DNA of 64,000 nt from the NCBI GenBank assembly GCA_964016885.1, contig OZ024747.1, positions 91,822,001-91,886,000 of the forward strand, in the 5' to 3' direction. The position numbers and the translations under genes are program-made. Positions 25,096 through 39,865 of the stretch are shown in pieces. Below the pieces are notes generated by a model, which saw only the letters and a program-made list of their open reading frames with translations, was not told where the DNA came from and made no database searches. The stretch comes from Eledone cirrhosa. Lineage: Eukaryota. Each line of letters opens with the position of its first letter. The first letter of the stretch is position 1.

Positions 25096-26174
25096 CACAT
25101 ATACACCGGATCCGAACATGTGACGTGTACCCTATACATATACACCGGGTCCGAACAAGTGACGTGTACCCTATACATATACACCGGGTCCGAACAAGTG
25201 ACGTGTACCCTATACATATACACTGAGTCCGAACATGTGACGTGTACCCTATACATATACACTGAGTCCGAACAAGTGACGTGTACCCTATACATATACA
25301 CTGGGTCCGAACATGTGACGTGTACCCTATACATATACACCGGGTCCGAACAAGTGACGTGTACCCTATACATATACACCGGGTCCGAACAAGTGACGTG
25401 TACCCTATACATATACACTGAGTCCGAACATGTGACGTGTACCCTATACATATACACCGGGTCCGAACAAGTGACGTGTACCCTATACATATACACCGGG
25501 TCCGAACAAGTGACGTGTACCCTATACATATACACTGGGTCCGAACATGTGACGTGTACCCTATACATATACACCGGGTCCGAACATGTGACGTGTACCC
25601 TATACATATACACTGGGTCCGAACATGTGACGTGTACCCTATACATATACACTGGGTCCGAACATGTGACGTGTACCCTATACATATACACTGAGTCCGA
25701 ACATGTGACGTGTACCCTATACATATACACCGGGTCCGAACATGTGACGTGTACCCTATACATATACACTGAGTCCGAACATGTGACGTGTACCCTATAC
25801 ATATACACTGGGTCCGAACATGTGACGTGTACCCTATACATATACACTGAGTCCGAACATGTGACGTGTACCCTATACATATACACCGGGTCCGAACATG
25901 TGACGTGTACCCTATACATATACACTGAGTCCGAACATGTGACGTGTACCCTATACATATACACTGAGTCCGAACATGTGACGTGTACCCTATACATATA
26001 CACTGAGTCCGAACATGTGACGTGTACCCTATACATATACACTGGGTCCGAACAAGTGACGTGTACCCTATACATATACACCGGGTCCGAACATGTGACG
26101 TGTACCCTATACATATACACTGGGTCCGAACAAGTGACGTGTACCCTATACATATACACCGGGTCCGAACATGT
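25096..26174. repeat. 39-bp minisatellite, about 27-28 units
   Basis: Unit TGACGTGTACCCTATACATATACAC[C/T]G[G/A]GTCCGAACA[A/T]G, contiguous with no spacers; gives 13-aa periodicity in the ORF track. Confidence 0.97.
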
Positions 26175-26184
26175 GCCTTGTGAC

Positions 26185-26357
<173 letters not shown>

Positions 26358-26367
26358 ACCAAGTGTG

Positions 26368-26413
<46 letters not shown>

Positions 26414-26454
26414 ACCAAGTGTGTATATACATATATATATATATATATATACAC

Positions 26455-26765
26455 ACTTGGTCCTAACACAAAAGAACCAAATTCCTACTGTCGCTGCCTC
26501 CGTCTCTCTAGCTCTCCCCATCTCCTCTCACTATTATAAACAAATGGTGGCCCACGCGCTGACTGAGCCGCAACCCCGGTGGACAGAATACCGTGTTTTC
26601 CTTGGAGGATGGTGAGGGAGACGCGTTGGAAGAGCCATTCCAGCTCACGAGGTTCATACCTACTGGTAGCCAACTCTGTGCCGATGGTGGTGAGCAAGGA
26701 GGTGGCGCTAGGGCCAAGGACACCTGAAGTCTCTACTGACACAGGCTAGAACGTAAACTTGTCCA
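26455..26765 (-). mobile_element. CRE-clade LINE 3' fragment
   Basis: SVETSGVLGPSATSLLTTIGTELATSRYEPRELEWLFQRVSL, homologous to 19738-19900. Confidence 0.85.
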
Positions 26766-27496
26766 CGGGTAACCGCTATTTGGAGAATAGACCTATCTCT
26801 GGCTTTTTGTTTTATATAGCAGTTTCAGAAAATGAACAGAATTGCCAGTGTTGCCGAATGTAGTGTTCAAGGCAGATGTACAAATGGGAGAATCGTTTTG
26901 TGTATATGTAAGAGCGTTGGCTGTGTACTTATCTGCGTAGTTTTTAATTATATTTTTCTAGTAGTATATATGAATTTATAGTGTCTGTGTCCATATCTCC
27001 CAAATCTCATATGGTCTATTGACAAATATTCCAACCTAATTTAAGAAACATAATCGAAAAAATATTTTTTAAAGTAATTTTTATGTTGTTTAAAATCTGG
27101 TAACGTTCTTTCCCCTTTATATCATATATCATATATTCTAGGTGAGATAGAAAGTTATTAAACAGAAGGATTACATATTTGAGAAATGTAAAGTAATGGA
27201 GCAAACTGTATGTTCGTGTTCTGATAATATTCCATTTATTATCGGTGAAATATATTTTTTATGGTTTCTACTCCATTAAGCTATACAATATAACTAATCG
27301 AGTAATATTCCGTTGATGTTCTTCTGTTTCATTTTTCAAAAATGTACTTTCCGTACTCTGGAGTTATTTTCTTCATTCTTTAAAACATCTAGATGAGAAT
27401 AAAATCGGGATTTTGAATTATTTTCAATAGTAAAACTGATGGAAATTATACAATTTATTATATGTTGAGAAATCATACTTATATACAACATTATTG

Positions 27497-27910
27497 TATC
27501 GGTAGAGGGTTGGACGCCATGCTTTGACGCATTGAGTTACGGCTCTTGCCATTCTGAGTTCAAATCCCGCCGAGGTTAACTTTGCCTTTCATCATTACGG
27601 GGTCGATAAAATAAAGTACCAGTAATTGCTGGCCTTGTGCCAAACGTAGAAACAATTATTATTGAAATATTAACCGTTATTAGTATTAGACAGCGGTGGA
27701 TTAGGGCGTTATTAGTATTAGGGCGGTGGATTGGCAGTATCGGTAGAGGGTCGGACGCCATGCTTTCCAGCATAGTTACGTCCCTTTACGATCTGAGTTC
27801 AAATCCCGCCGAGGTTGACTTTGCCTTTCATCCTTACGGGGTCGATAAAATAAAGTACCAGTAATGCACTGGGTAATTGCTGGCCTTGTGCCTAAAGTAG
27901 AAACAGTTAT
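27497..27910 (+). mobile_element. Two tandem tRNA-derived SINE copies (27497-27660 and 27720-27910)
   Basis: A box TGGCAGTATCGG, B box GAGTTCAAATCCC; GTTATTAGTATTAGACAGC duplicated at 27676-27694 and 27906-27924. Confidence 0.88.
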
Positions 27911-28169
27911 TAGTATTAGACAGCCTAAGGCTGTTATCAACATCATAAATCGGTTCATTACTATCAACAATATCATTACTGCTATTAAAATCGTTATGGA
28001 AAACTGTGGCATGGTTTCATTTCTTATTATTATTGCATCTTCTGATTTACGTTTGTATATTGTTATGCTGTTATTGAAAGCTAAATAGTCGGCTAAATTT
28101 CGTGTAGTAGATGAGTGTAATTTAACTGTGTTCTCATACATACATGCATGCAAACATACATACATACAT

Positions 28170-28762
28170 AGTGGCTACCAACTCGTTTTCGAGTACGGCC
28201 ACTAATTTATATCCATGTAGGAGAAACCCTACCGATGCGCTGAATGAGTGTGACTTTTTAGTCCAACCAGCGACTTGAAAACTCTGGTACAAACACTACA
28301 CTTGTGACAATTATTAACACATAGTGCTGGGCCCATGGTACCATGTGATGACAAGTGCAGAGAGATCTCCAGCAATGCCTGTGCCGTGAAGATTTTATAG
28401 TGAACAAAGGCACTGCACAAAGCCAGTCCCACTTAACCAAGATGATATTTACCAAAAAGAAGAACAAGTCAACATCATTGGATACCATCAGGGTTGCAGG
28501 TGTTATATCAGAGTTTTCCTTCTCCTAGAATTCTGCCTTGACAAAGGTTAAGGGGTCATCTCTCCCGGTGATTTTGGATGGCCATTGACTCTTAAGAGCT
28601 CCTTTGCCCTTTGACAGGTTTTGTTTTTAGTCCTGCAGGATGTCCAGTCACCCTCCTCACCAAGAAACCTTGGTGAGGTTGCCAGTTTAGTCGCCAACGA
28701 CCCGACCATGAGACAGGTTGTACTGGGATACATTTACCAGTAGCACCAACTGGTGACCTGAC
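28170..28762 (-). mobile_element. Short internally deleted RTE-type element (5' UTR joined to C2H2 zinc-finger 3' end) between (TACA)n tracts
   Basis: 3' part encodes HKCSVCTRVFKSLVGLKSHTHSAHR* (C-terminal C2H2, as in RTE/BovB ORFs) followed by (TATG)n; 5' part has GGTCGGGTCGTTGGCGACTAAAC and CTAGGAGAAGGAAAACTCTG motifs reminiscent of RTE 5' UTRs. Confidence 0.55.
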
Positions 28763-30582
28763 ATACATACATACATACATATATACATACATACATACAT
28801 ACATAGGTACAACAGGTTTTATTAGTTTCATGCTTTATATGGAAATGGGGAAAGAAAGTTCGATGTGTTGAGCTTTAACCCTTCCTCAAGAGTACAAAAA
28901 TAGAGACAGGATGACAAAGGAATGAATATATATATATGTAACATTAATGGACCAATTGTTTTTATCTAAAGACATTTTTCCACACACACACACACACATA
29001 TATATATCACATTCGTTATTTGAGCGGAATACGCTTCTGTGAGAAGGTCTAATAACTAATAAGACCAGAATATCAATTGTTTTCGCGATAAATCTTTATA
29101 TATATGATCTCCTCCAATATAGATTAATGTAAATTATATTTTCCTTCAACCAATCTTTGGAGTTATCGGAATTTGTTTTTAATTTTATAAACACTTGGTT
29201 GGGGGTTTTCATATATAGATAATCTTAGATAATCTTAACTGACTTAAATACTCGCCCCCCCCCTCTATTGTACGTGTAAGACTTTACTATGTGTTTGTTG
29301 TTTCTTGAGCTTCCACCTTTGAGAACTATAAGATACGCGTTCACTTTAGTATTATAAACTCAGTCATCTTAAGTATGCAGTAAGTTCATTTATGTTTGTG
29401 TCACGTATATCTCATATATTTGAAATTTAAACTGTGAACTAAAAGATCTATTATTATGTTCCACGGAGAAGAGTTTAATCAGGACGTCAGTGCTAGTTTG
29501 AAATATTCGCCTATTTACAGCATAGAATTTGGCGTAAAAACCTGTAAATATAAAGAAAATAGTGTATTAAACATGACTAGAAAGGTAAATTTAGGTATTA
29601 GAACGATTGAGAAGGAAATAAAAATCCAGTACTGTTAAACGTTTTTATACTTTAAAAATATCATGCAATTTGATTAGTGAATTAGCTGTATAAAAACATC
29701 AATTCTTTCATTCAACACAATTTTTTAAATCGACCCGTAAATTGTATAAACTATACACAATATTTTTTTCTCAAGAACAATGCAGACCATACTTTCGAAA
29801 TTCTATTTGTTAATATCACTCCGGTCGTAGATTTTTTAAAAATAATATATGTTCGTGTGAAGGATGTCGACACCACAAATTAGAAGGAACAATATCACTT
29901 TGATATAATTAAAAAAAAAAGTAAATTTCCAACAGTAAATTTTACAAGAATTTATTTAATTTGATTTAAACCTTCATTTAAATAAAAAAAAAAGAATACC
30001 ATTGAGGAATGGTATATATATAACATATTAACATTATTACTAGTTCAGAATAATAAAAAAAAAAGAAAAGCAGGGAAACATATTGAAGAATAATTTTAAA
30101 TTGATAAAATACTAAAGATAAAATACTAAAAGTACTAAACGGGGTGAATTTCCGCTAATTAGGTTTTTGCAAGAAAAAAAAAAGTTATTTAATCAAACAT
30201 AAGTGGATGAATGTTAATGCTTTTCTTGAGTTGAGTTAGTTTAAGGAAACGTTTACGTGTGATTTTAGCAGTTATTGACGAGTATTATTGTTCATTCTTC
30301 TTTATATAGAGAATAAGTTTTTAGACTTTTGATGTCGTCAGCAAATATGTTTCCCTTCAATATGCAGACGATTTATAGTGGAACGACTTCTCAAAGAAAA
30401 AATAACTTGGTATTGCATAAGTCGTTTGAAAACTTAAATTACAATACTAAGTGTAATTTAATTTTTTTTTTTTTCGATTGCGGCGAAGTTATAATCAAAA
30501 TGATTGGCACACACCCACACAAACATAAGCACACACACACATATACATATATATATGTGTGTATATATATATATGTGTGTGT

Positions 30583-30712
<130 letters not shown>

Positions 30713-31489
30713 GTGCACGTGTGCATTCTTATGGAGCTCAGCCGTCGGGGTCCTGACTCTTTTCATATATATATATATATAAAGAGTAGAAATTGAAAAT
30801 GCAAATGGAGATTCTTAAGAATATTTATTTACTTTACCAGTTTACCAGTTTGTTATGATTATAAAAAATAAAATTAAGATGTAGGGTTTGTTGTGACCAC
30901 AATGGAAACATAAACTCTCCATCACAATTCAACTTTTGATAATGATAAGAACTGTCAAACGGGTAAAGTAACTAAATATTCTTAAAAGACTCCAGTTGCA
31001 TTTTCAATTACTTTTCCTTATATTTTTACTCGTGTAGGATATTTAAAAAACCTTACTTTCTAATATGTGTGTGTGTGTGGTTGACTGAGAAAGGAGTACA
31101 CAATATCGAAGTAGAGTTTTAATATTCATTTATATTAAGGCTAAAATGTGAGTCATGTTACTCTGGAGTTTGGCCCAGTGATGAATAAGTGAAACTCCGA
31201 AATAGCAAGACTTAATTTTTAGAACATCTAACTGGCTCTGAGGCTGCTTAGGATTTAATAACTATCTATCTCTAATTTCTGTTGCTGTCTTTTTATCCAT
31301 AAATTAGTGTTTGCTCCATATCAAATATTGTTCTATACTGAAAACTATTTTTGAATTTAAAGTGGTATAAGAGTTCTGATTGTGTGGTTCAGCAGTGTGA
31401 GTGTTTTGAATGAAATTTAGGTCGTTTTGAAGGTGCTAAATAGATGGTAGGTAAACCAGTCTGAATTTTTTTTATATTTGGGTGAGTGT

Positions 31490-31830
31490 TGTTAGAATTC
31501 TGAATAGCTGTTTGAGTGGTGTGAGAGTGCTGAATGGCTGATTGGGTGATGTGATGGTTTAACGATGTGAGAGGTGTGAATAGCTGGTTAAGTGGTCTAG
31601 GAGTTTTGAATGGCTGCTTGAACGACAAGAGAACGTTTAATATATTGTGTGGTGTGAGGGTGATAAACAGCTGAGGGAGTGGTGTGAGAGTTATATATAT
31701 CTGGTTGGAAGGTGTGAAAGATCTGAATGGATGGTAGACAGGTGTTAGTGTGCTGCTAAATGGATGATTGAGCGGTGTGAGTATTGTGAATGGTTAGTTG
31801 TTTAGTGTGACATATCTAAATGGATGGTTG
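31490..31830. repeat. Degenerate ~30-bp minisatellite
   Basis: Recurrent TGAATRGCTGGTTGAGTGGTGTGAGAG-like unit. Confidence 0.6.
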
Positions 31831-34800
31831 AACCGACTAGAGCCCTTGTACACAATATGTGACCTGTTTTAATGTTATAAATAATCATTAATACCACTCG
31901 CTCTCGCTAACTATAAAGATGAGATTATTTTTTAATGAAATCTATAGCTTGTAATCTAAGAATTCACTTTTTATCGAGTGACATATTTTCTGCAACATTG
32001 GTAATATTATTAATTCTGGGTGACCTAGTGATGCTATTGATACAACGAAGAAATTATTGAGCAAAATTAAATGGCCACGTTTGTTAAATATTTGTTGTTA
32101 GTATTTTTTTGTCTTGTTTGTTTATTCCAACTTACATTTGTGGATATTGTTCGTTCTATTCTCTGATTAGGTTCCGATTTGCCAGGTGGAATGTGATCTA
32201 GCATATGGCTCTGTTTGCAATGATATTCTTGTTTCCTGATGAAGTTCATATAACAACATTGCTGAATTAGAGTATTGAATATTACATTCTACTTACATAG
32301 AATATTTTATGATAGCGTAACAAGGACCAAAAGAAGGAAGTCACACGAGTACAATCGTATCGATTAGAAAATTTGTCGATGCGATTTCGTTGTTTTCCTC
32401 TTTTACACAACACAAGGATATTGATATTTGAAGAACGATTCAGTTACACACTCCAGGTGCAATTTATACTGTTATCTGCTGTGGCAGCGCTGCTGCTGTT
32501 GTCGCTTCTGTTGCATCTGTTATTTTCGTTGCTGCCGCTGCTGTTTCTGGGAATATCAGTCGCAATCCTAAGAGACAGAGACTCGACCAAGATGGAAACA
32601 ATTTCTAAAATTTGATTTTTTTTTTCAAAATTAACACTTTCAACATCTATAAATATTTACATATTCCTTCAACTTCCACTTCCAACCATTCCTACTAATT
32701 CTCTGCTTCTCATAATTGTATTTTTTTTATCTCATTCTTTTTTTCTTTTGTCCTTATTTCCACCTTATTTCTCTTCCATTCCCCCTTTTAACTGTACTTC
32801 TTTCTAATCCTTTTACGTCCATATTTCTCACTCTCTCTTCACATACATCTACTTTCTGTATGTTATTCCTATTGTCCCTCTCTTTCGCAGCTGCTCTAAA
32901 TTATCTCACCATCCTTTTCCCCTGTTTTTCTTTTTACTTTATTCTTCAATGTGACACTAGCTGCCACGTGATAATACTTTCGGCTATTTGTGTCAGTTTT
33001 TCTAAGATCTGTTTAAAATGTATTATATAAACCGGAGACTGGATCATTGTTTACTTGAAACGAGACAATGTCTCTATAAAAGTGTCAAGAATATTTAACG
33101 ATTGTCCCTCTAGCTGTTCTACAGCTAATGTGTGTATCTATTATGGCCTCATATAAACATCAGGGGATCTCTGTCGTTTGTCTTTGAATAGGGCCCTCAA
33201 CTAATCTTCTATTACCAAGCTTTAGATAGATCTGTTAATTACATTGGACGCACGGCTGAGTCTTTGCTAACGCATTGCTCAATTATGTGTCTAAAATATG
33301 ACTGCAATTCATTCTTTATCTTCAAACGATAGTAGTTTTTATACTGTACTTTTGGAAACTGTTTATGTTAAATATATTTTACTGCAAATATTGCATTTTG
33401 CATAGTGAACTGTTTCCACCCTCGTACACCTCTTCGACTATACACTATTATATTGACTTATTTCTTGGCTTGTTTTCTAAACGTGCACTTAATTCTCTCT
33501 GTATAAGCGTTCCCTTGCTATTGATAACCGATAATTAATCTGCGGTTCAAGTTATAATCACTTTTGTTTGGTAAGGCCAACACAATTTCTGCACACCTAT
33601 ACCCAATGTTCGTTTTGTTTGGCCTGTCTAACGATGTCAAACGACAGACCAGTCACATACCATTGCAAATAACGTACATAAACAAATAAATAGAACACTT
33701 AAATTATTTGTTCGGATTCACGTGTCTTTTTAACCTTGTCTGTTATCTTAATGTTTATTGTATTCAATCATGTATTTAACTGTGACATTCCAGATATAAA
33801 CTGTTTCCTTTCTTTATTCTAAATTTATTATATAAAACCGGGGGCGGGAACTTAGTTTGTTTGATTCAAAACCTCAGATATCCGTTTTATTCTAGCCCCA
33901 TTCATTATGTACATTACGCTTTTCAAAAAGTTCAATTCATTTGTATTCAATTTGTTATGGTTGAGAGCAGTTGTCTTTTCATAAAGTCCCTCAAACACTA
34001 GGTTCAAACCGAAATCAGTTGCTCTGCTTCTTTAGAAATGGTCTACCTTTTATTACTTTCATTTGCTTGAAACTGATTTAATTAATTCTTTTATTTCTCT
34101 TTACATTTAACCAGTTTAATTTGGACAAATCATTCGTCTGGCTATTTTAAAATCGATTTTAACCAATAAATGATCTGCTTTACAGTGAGCCCCCGGCACT
34201 TTTGTTATTTTGTGATTGCAAAACAACAGAGAACAGTAATGTGCTACTATCAGATTGACAGGCTATTTGTTTGCAAGGGTAAAAGGATATTTTATATAGA
34301 TGACGACTAGAAAACAATTATGTCTAGATTCAACACTTGATACATTAAGTTGTCTTTACAATTGTTGGAGTTATTACAAATGCTGGCCGTTACTGTTATT
34401 GCTGCCTCTTCTATGTGTAGTGACTACCACTACTACTAGTATACTAGTACTGATGCTGTTGTTGCTGCGGCTACTACTACTACTACTACTACTTACTGAT
34501 CCTCCTCATCCCCCTCCTCCTACTACTACTACTACACTTTACTGCTACTACTACAACTACCATTGCTGGTACTGCTACTACTTTTTACTCCTCCTACTAC
34601 TAGTATTACTACTACTATTTACTAGTATTTACTGCTAATACTACAACTACCACTGCTGGTACTACTACTACTACTACTACTACTGATGCTAATACTATTT
34701 ACTACTACTACTCCTGCTTGCTACTACTACAACTACTACTACTATACAATTTATTATTCCTACTTGCTATGAGTAAGAAAACTACTACTGATACTACTAC

Positions 34801-34837
34801 GATTTACTACTATTACTACTACTATTTACTACTATTA

Positions 34838-35022
34838 ATAATTGTTTCTACTTTTGGCACAAGGCCAGCAAATACCCAGTGCATTACTGGTACTTTATTT
34901 TATCGACCCCGTAAGGATAAAAGGAAAAGTTAACCTCGGCGAGATTTGAACTCAGATCGTAAAGGGACGTAACTACGCTGGAAAGCATGTCTGACCCTCT
35001 ACCAATACTGCCAATTCACCGC
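34838..35022 (-). mobile_element. tRNA-derived SINE
   Basis: Matches the 108-294 and 27720-27910 family. Confidence 0.88.
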
Positions 35023-35413
35023 TTCTGTTAGTAAAATAATACAAACTATACAAATAGCACTTATGATGAAATGGATTGCAGTTGTGACCATCCTGTTCCT
35101 TTTCAGATATTCCTATTTTGTGAACAAGACAAATGATTTGTGGGGAATTTGGCTGCTATTTCTAATAAGTTGGCAATCGTATAAAGACTCACTCATTAGT
35201 CCATTAATAATTTGTTGTTGCACCTTTTAATGTTGAAATTATTGCTTATATTTTACATTAATACTAATTTTTACACCAGCAGGAAGCGCAATTATTTGGC
35301 GAGGAGTGGCTTGAATAAAATCCATTAAAATATTTTACTCTTTTCTAGACTAGTATGAGAAAAAGCAGTCTAGACTGTGATTTTTAATTTTGAACGTATA
35401 ATTATGTAAATAT

Positions 35414-35418
35414 TTCTT

Positions 35419-35449
<31 letters not shown>

Positions 35450-35880
35450 ATCCTGGGATGGTCGAGCGAGGAGGGGCAGAGTCCTCAAACAGTCCTTCCA
35501 GCGGGTCCTGTCAGATGCAACTCTTCCTAACTGATCTAGCCAGATCCCGAAGCGAGACAAGCCAAGCTTATGGATGTTATCCAACCAACTTACTCGAGGA
35601 CTACCCCCTGGGTCTTCTGCCAGTTGGATTTGCCTGTAAAATCTGTCCAGCAATTCGTTCCTGAGACATTCTAACCACATAGCCACAGTATCGGAGTTGT
35701 GATCCCTCAATTCGGAGAAGTAGCAGCTCTACCTAGAGCAACTTTCTGATCTCCAAGCTACACATTCTTACCTGGGACATTCTAACCACATGCAGTATCG
35801 GAGCTGGTATCTCTCAATTCGGAGATGTAGCGGCTCTACCTAGGGTGACTCTCTGATCTCTGAGCTACACACTCTATCGA
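35414..35880 (-). mobile_element. RTE LINE 3' end with (GAA)n tail and ~108-bp internal tandem duplication
   Basis: GSPRVSWLDNIHKLGLSRFGI...VASDRTRWKDCLRTLP* then (GAA)n; GACATTCTAACCACAT...GCTACAC block repeated at ~35664 and ~35776. Confidence 0.7.
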
Positions 35881-37224
35881 GTAACGTTACTCCAAGTCCT
35901 CTTTGGAGAAATCCCCATTTTGGCCATTGTATTCTAGATCGTAAATAAATTACGACGCTACTTTTTTTTCCGAAAATGAGTCTCAAAAATCTACCACGTG
36001 TCCTGAAGGCCGAAATTTTTTTTTTTTTTTTTTTAAATTTTGGTAATCGAAATTAGGGTGCATCCTCGAGGACGAAGCGTCTTCGGCGTCGGGAAATACG
36101 GTAGTCATGTAAATTCTAAAACCACTGAATATACCATCATTTTTTTTTGTTTTGTATTTTTGAGAAATAATATTGATTACTCATGACTTAGTAGTAATAA
36201 AGAGTTTTAGCATAGATGCATCACTACACAATTTGCCTGACGTAGCAGTACCTAGTACAAATTCAGTACCTCTAACAACTTGCTATTTTTGTCCTACGTG
36301 ATTACAGATACTCACGATTCTAGTTTGAAATACTGCATTTAAGCCTAGGTTATATGAAAATGTTAACACATCCGCCCATTCCAACTGCCTCTATCATTAT
36401 CGTTTTAACAAAGCTTTCAGGTATTTAACTAAGGTTTTTTTTTTATTCAAGACAAAACAAAAACAAAAAACAAACAGAAACGAAAAACAACAAAGAAGAC
36501 CCGTTTATGTTTGGATCAAGAAATCGATCACAACAGTGTAAATATGCGAAATGGTGTTTGCATAGAAACGTAAAGCTTGGCTAATCGAATCCTTGTTCCA
36601 GATATAATTTATAATTGTAGTCATTTCACTTAATTCAAATCGCTAATTAAATTGACAGAAGCATGAGTGATGCACAAACGCGTTTCCTCTCCTTCGATAT
36701 TTGTAAGGTTTTCTGCCAAATTAAGACATTTGAATAGCTGTAAACATATTTCAGCCGTTTTGTAGAGATTTAATTTTGAAATTCATAATAATCTTCGAAT
36801 ACTGTTGGTTGATTTTCGCAGCAAAGTAGTGCATGAAAAATCGAATAAAACTATAAAGTACAGTTTAACTCACCAGGGTGTCTATGCCAACGTAACTAAA
36901 AAATAGAAGTAACTAACTAATAGGCAAATATCTATGAAGTATTTTCTTATAAAATATTTTGAATTGCAGCTGTCAATTTCTATCTTATTTGTTGAATTAT
37001 CTAATGTGCAGAATATGTTTAACATTAACTCTGCCTGTTTATATTGAACAATACAGTCTTTGTTATCACAATAAATACAATTAATTTAAAAGCTCAGCAT
37101 AAGTTTCCTGGTGGATGGAAATGGTCCATAGCAGACTTTATTTAGATTGTCATTTTAACCGTTAAGATATACTGACCAATATCATAATACCAGTATGATA
37201 CGAATTAATAATGTCCATCTAAAC

Positions 37225-37557
37225 TAGAAGTTTTCAAACTTCTGCCCCCGCCCCCACGGCCACGTAATACCCCCAGCGCCCCAACCCCATTTCCAGAGAG
37301 ACCTGCCTACACGCAAATTGTAAATAATATATAAAAAATAAAATCGTTAATTAATACATAATAAATTCTAAATATAATATGTATAAATAAATATATACTT
37401 TTTTTTATTTTACTATATTATATGTATCATTTGATATTTAATATACTATTTTATCATCTCTACCCCCTCACCGCCACTTTAGGCACAAGCGCCCCCTAGA
37501 CCTTCTCATTTCCCCCACTCACCAGGAGGGTGATAGTGCTCACTTTGAGAACCTCTG
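37225..37557. mobile_element. hAT-type MITE with 8-bp TSD
   Basis: TIRs TAGAAGTTTTCAAACT / ACTTTGAGAACCTCTG; flanks ATCTAAAC (37217-37224) and ATCTGAAC (37558-37565). Confidence 0.8.
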
Positions 37558-38481
37558 ATCTGAACCGTCTTGATTGTACATTCATCTATATTATTTCCAA
37601 ACTATATCATAGTTATTGTCATTAAACTGTGATTCCACTTTCGAAATGACTTTATCCAGATTAAATTTATTGGTATATATGCGATAGCAGTCCTTAGAAG
37701 TTTTACGTTTTAGGCACTCACGTGATTGATTTTTTTTCCGTGCAATTCATGCTTCCGTAGATGAGAATCACGTATCTTAGATGTTCACTAAAACCTTTTC
37801 AACGCATTTTCAAATGCTTTTTAAAATGTTGATATTGTAGCTGTTATAACGCCTGCAGTCTTCCTATGATCCTCACCTCGAGGAAAAATCCTTTTGATGC
37901 ATTTTGGTATCGAATCCACTAATTTTAACAGTCTTGGGGAATCGTGTTGTCCACTAACAGTAGTTGAATTAGACGTTATCAGATTCTGAAATGGCAATTC
38001 CTAACTAATGCTATGAAAACAAAACTCTAGAAACGGGAATTTAATGCAGAAACTGAACTCAAGAAGATTGGAGAACAGTGATAAAAGCTATCTTTCGTCC
38101 AGATTCAGAGATGTAAGCTTATTCAGACGTCACTAAAGGAAATAGCTCAATGTGCAGGCCATAAAGCACACACAAATAAAATATTTTGAGGATGCTTCAG
38201 TTGTTTTGACATTGGAGGCTTGCATTTAGGCGAGAATAAGACCAACTAACCACAATATATCGACGATTCCCCGTTTTCTTTTCAGCACGATTTAAACTTT
38301 AAACAATTAGAGGATTTTTTCAAAGATTCAAACGAACATAGTGGCGTGATCTGTAAAATCTTCAAATAATCCACAGACCGTTGACAGGTAATCAAAGTGT
38401 AAAAGCATTTTTGGGAGGACACCATGTATATATATATATACACACAGGGTGTCCCAAAAATGTATACACACTATGATTACA

Positions 38482-38597
<116 letters not shown>

Positions 38598-38612
38598 CAT
38601 ATATATATATAC

Positions 38613-38709
<97 letters not shown>

Positions 38710-38883
38710 ATGTGTGTCCCGGGTTCATTCGAGGGTAGCCACAGTAAGTAAGGTACTCAATACATAGCAGAGTAAAAATAATTAATATAGAAATGGCTTC
38801 TACAGTGCTTTCGTGACGATTTCCTTCGAATGAAACAGTTCTAGTCCTGTAGAAGCCATTTCTATATTAAATATCTCTCTCTC

Positions 38884-38973
<90 letters not shown>

Positions 38974-38974
38974 T

Positions 38975-39117
<143 letters not shown>

Positions 39118-39493
39118 GAGAGTCAATAACCATAAATCTTTACTTTAAATTAGCTCAATAATAACCAGATATTTTTTTTCATATCCATCTGTTACGAAAC
39201 ATTGACTGCAATAGTTATAGCATCTCTCTCAGTTCTTCATTACATTTTGTCGTTGTAGAGTAAAAGAAATTAAAAATAAGAGCAACGTAGGAGACCAGAC
39301 ATTCTTTTCTCTCATTCTCTTTCTTTCTCTTCTCCTCTCTTTACATTTCCTTTTCCCTTTTTACCTGCTTGATTATAATTTTCTATAAACCGGGCGGCGT
39401 TCAACTCACGTACAGACTCATTGCATGCAAACATATATACTCTAAATACTCATATTCATACTATAAACACACTATTATATACACAAACATGTA

Positions 39494-39545
<52 letters not shown>

Positions 39546-39567
39546 TATATATATATATGTACATATT

Positions 39568-39603
<36 letters not shown>

Positions 39604-39651
39604 CACACATATATATTTATATATAGATATACACACATATATATATACATA

Positions 39652-39707
<56 letters not shown>

Positions 39708-39728
39708 TACACATATATATACACACAC

Positions 39729-39767
<39 letters not shown>

Positions 39768-39787
39768 TACACACATATATATATATA

Positions 39788-39865
39788 TAGGGTGTGCTCC
39801 CAAAATGTATACACATCTATTAGAATGCTGTTGAGATGTGTATACATTTTTAGGACACCTTGTAT
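39788..39865. mobile_element. Miniature Tc1-like MITE (essentially two TIRs); related TIR pieces at 38394-38472
   Basis: AGGGTGTGCTCCCAAAATGTATACACATCT ... AGATGTGTATACATTTTTAGGACACCTTGTA within (TA)n. Confidence 0.65.

Noticed and set aside
25096-26174. 39-bp array as a CRISPR array or as the 430-511 aa repeat-protein ORFs
   Set aside because: Units are contiguous with no unique spacers, the context is eukaryotic with no cas genes, and the ORFs are open in several frames only because the unit is 3n and continue into (TA)n.
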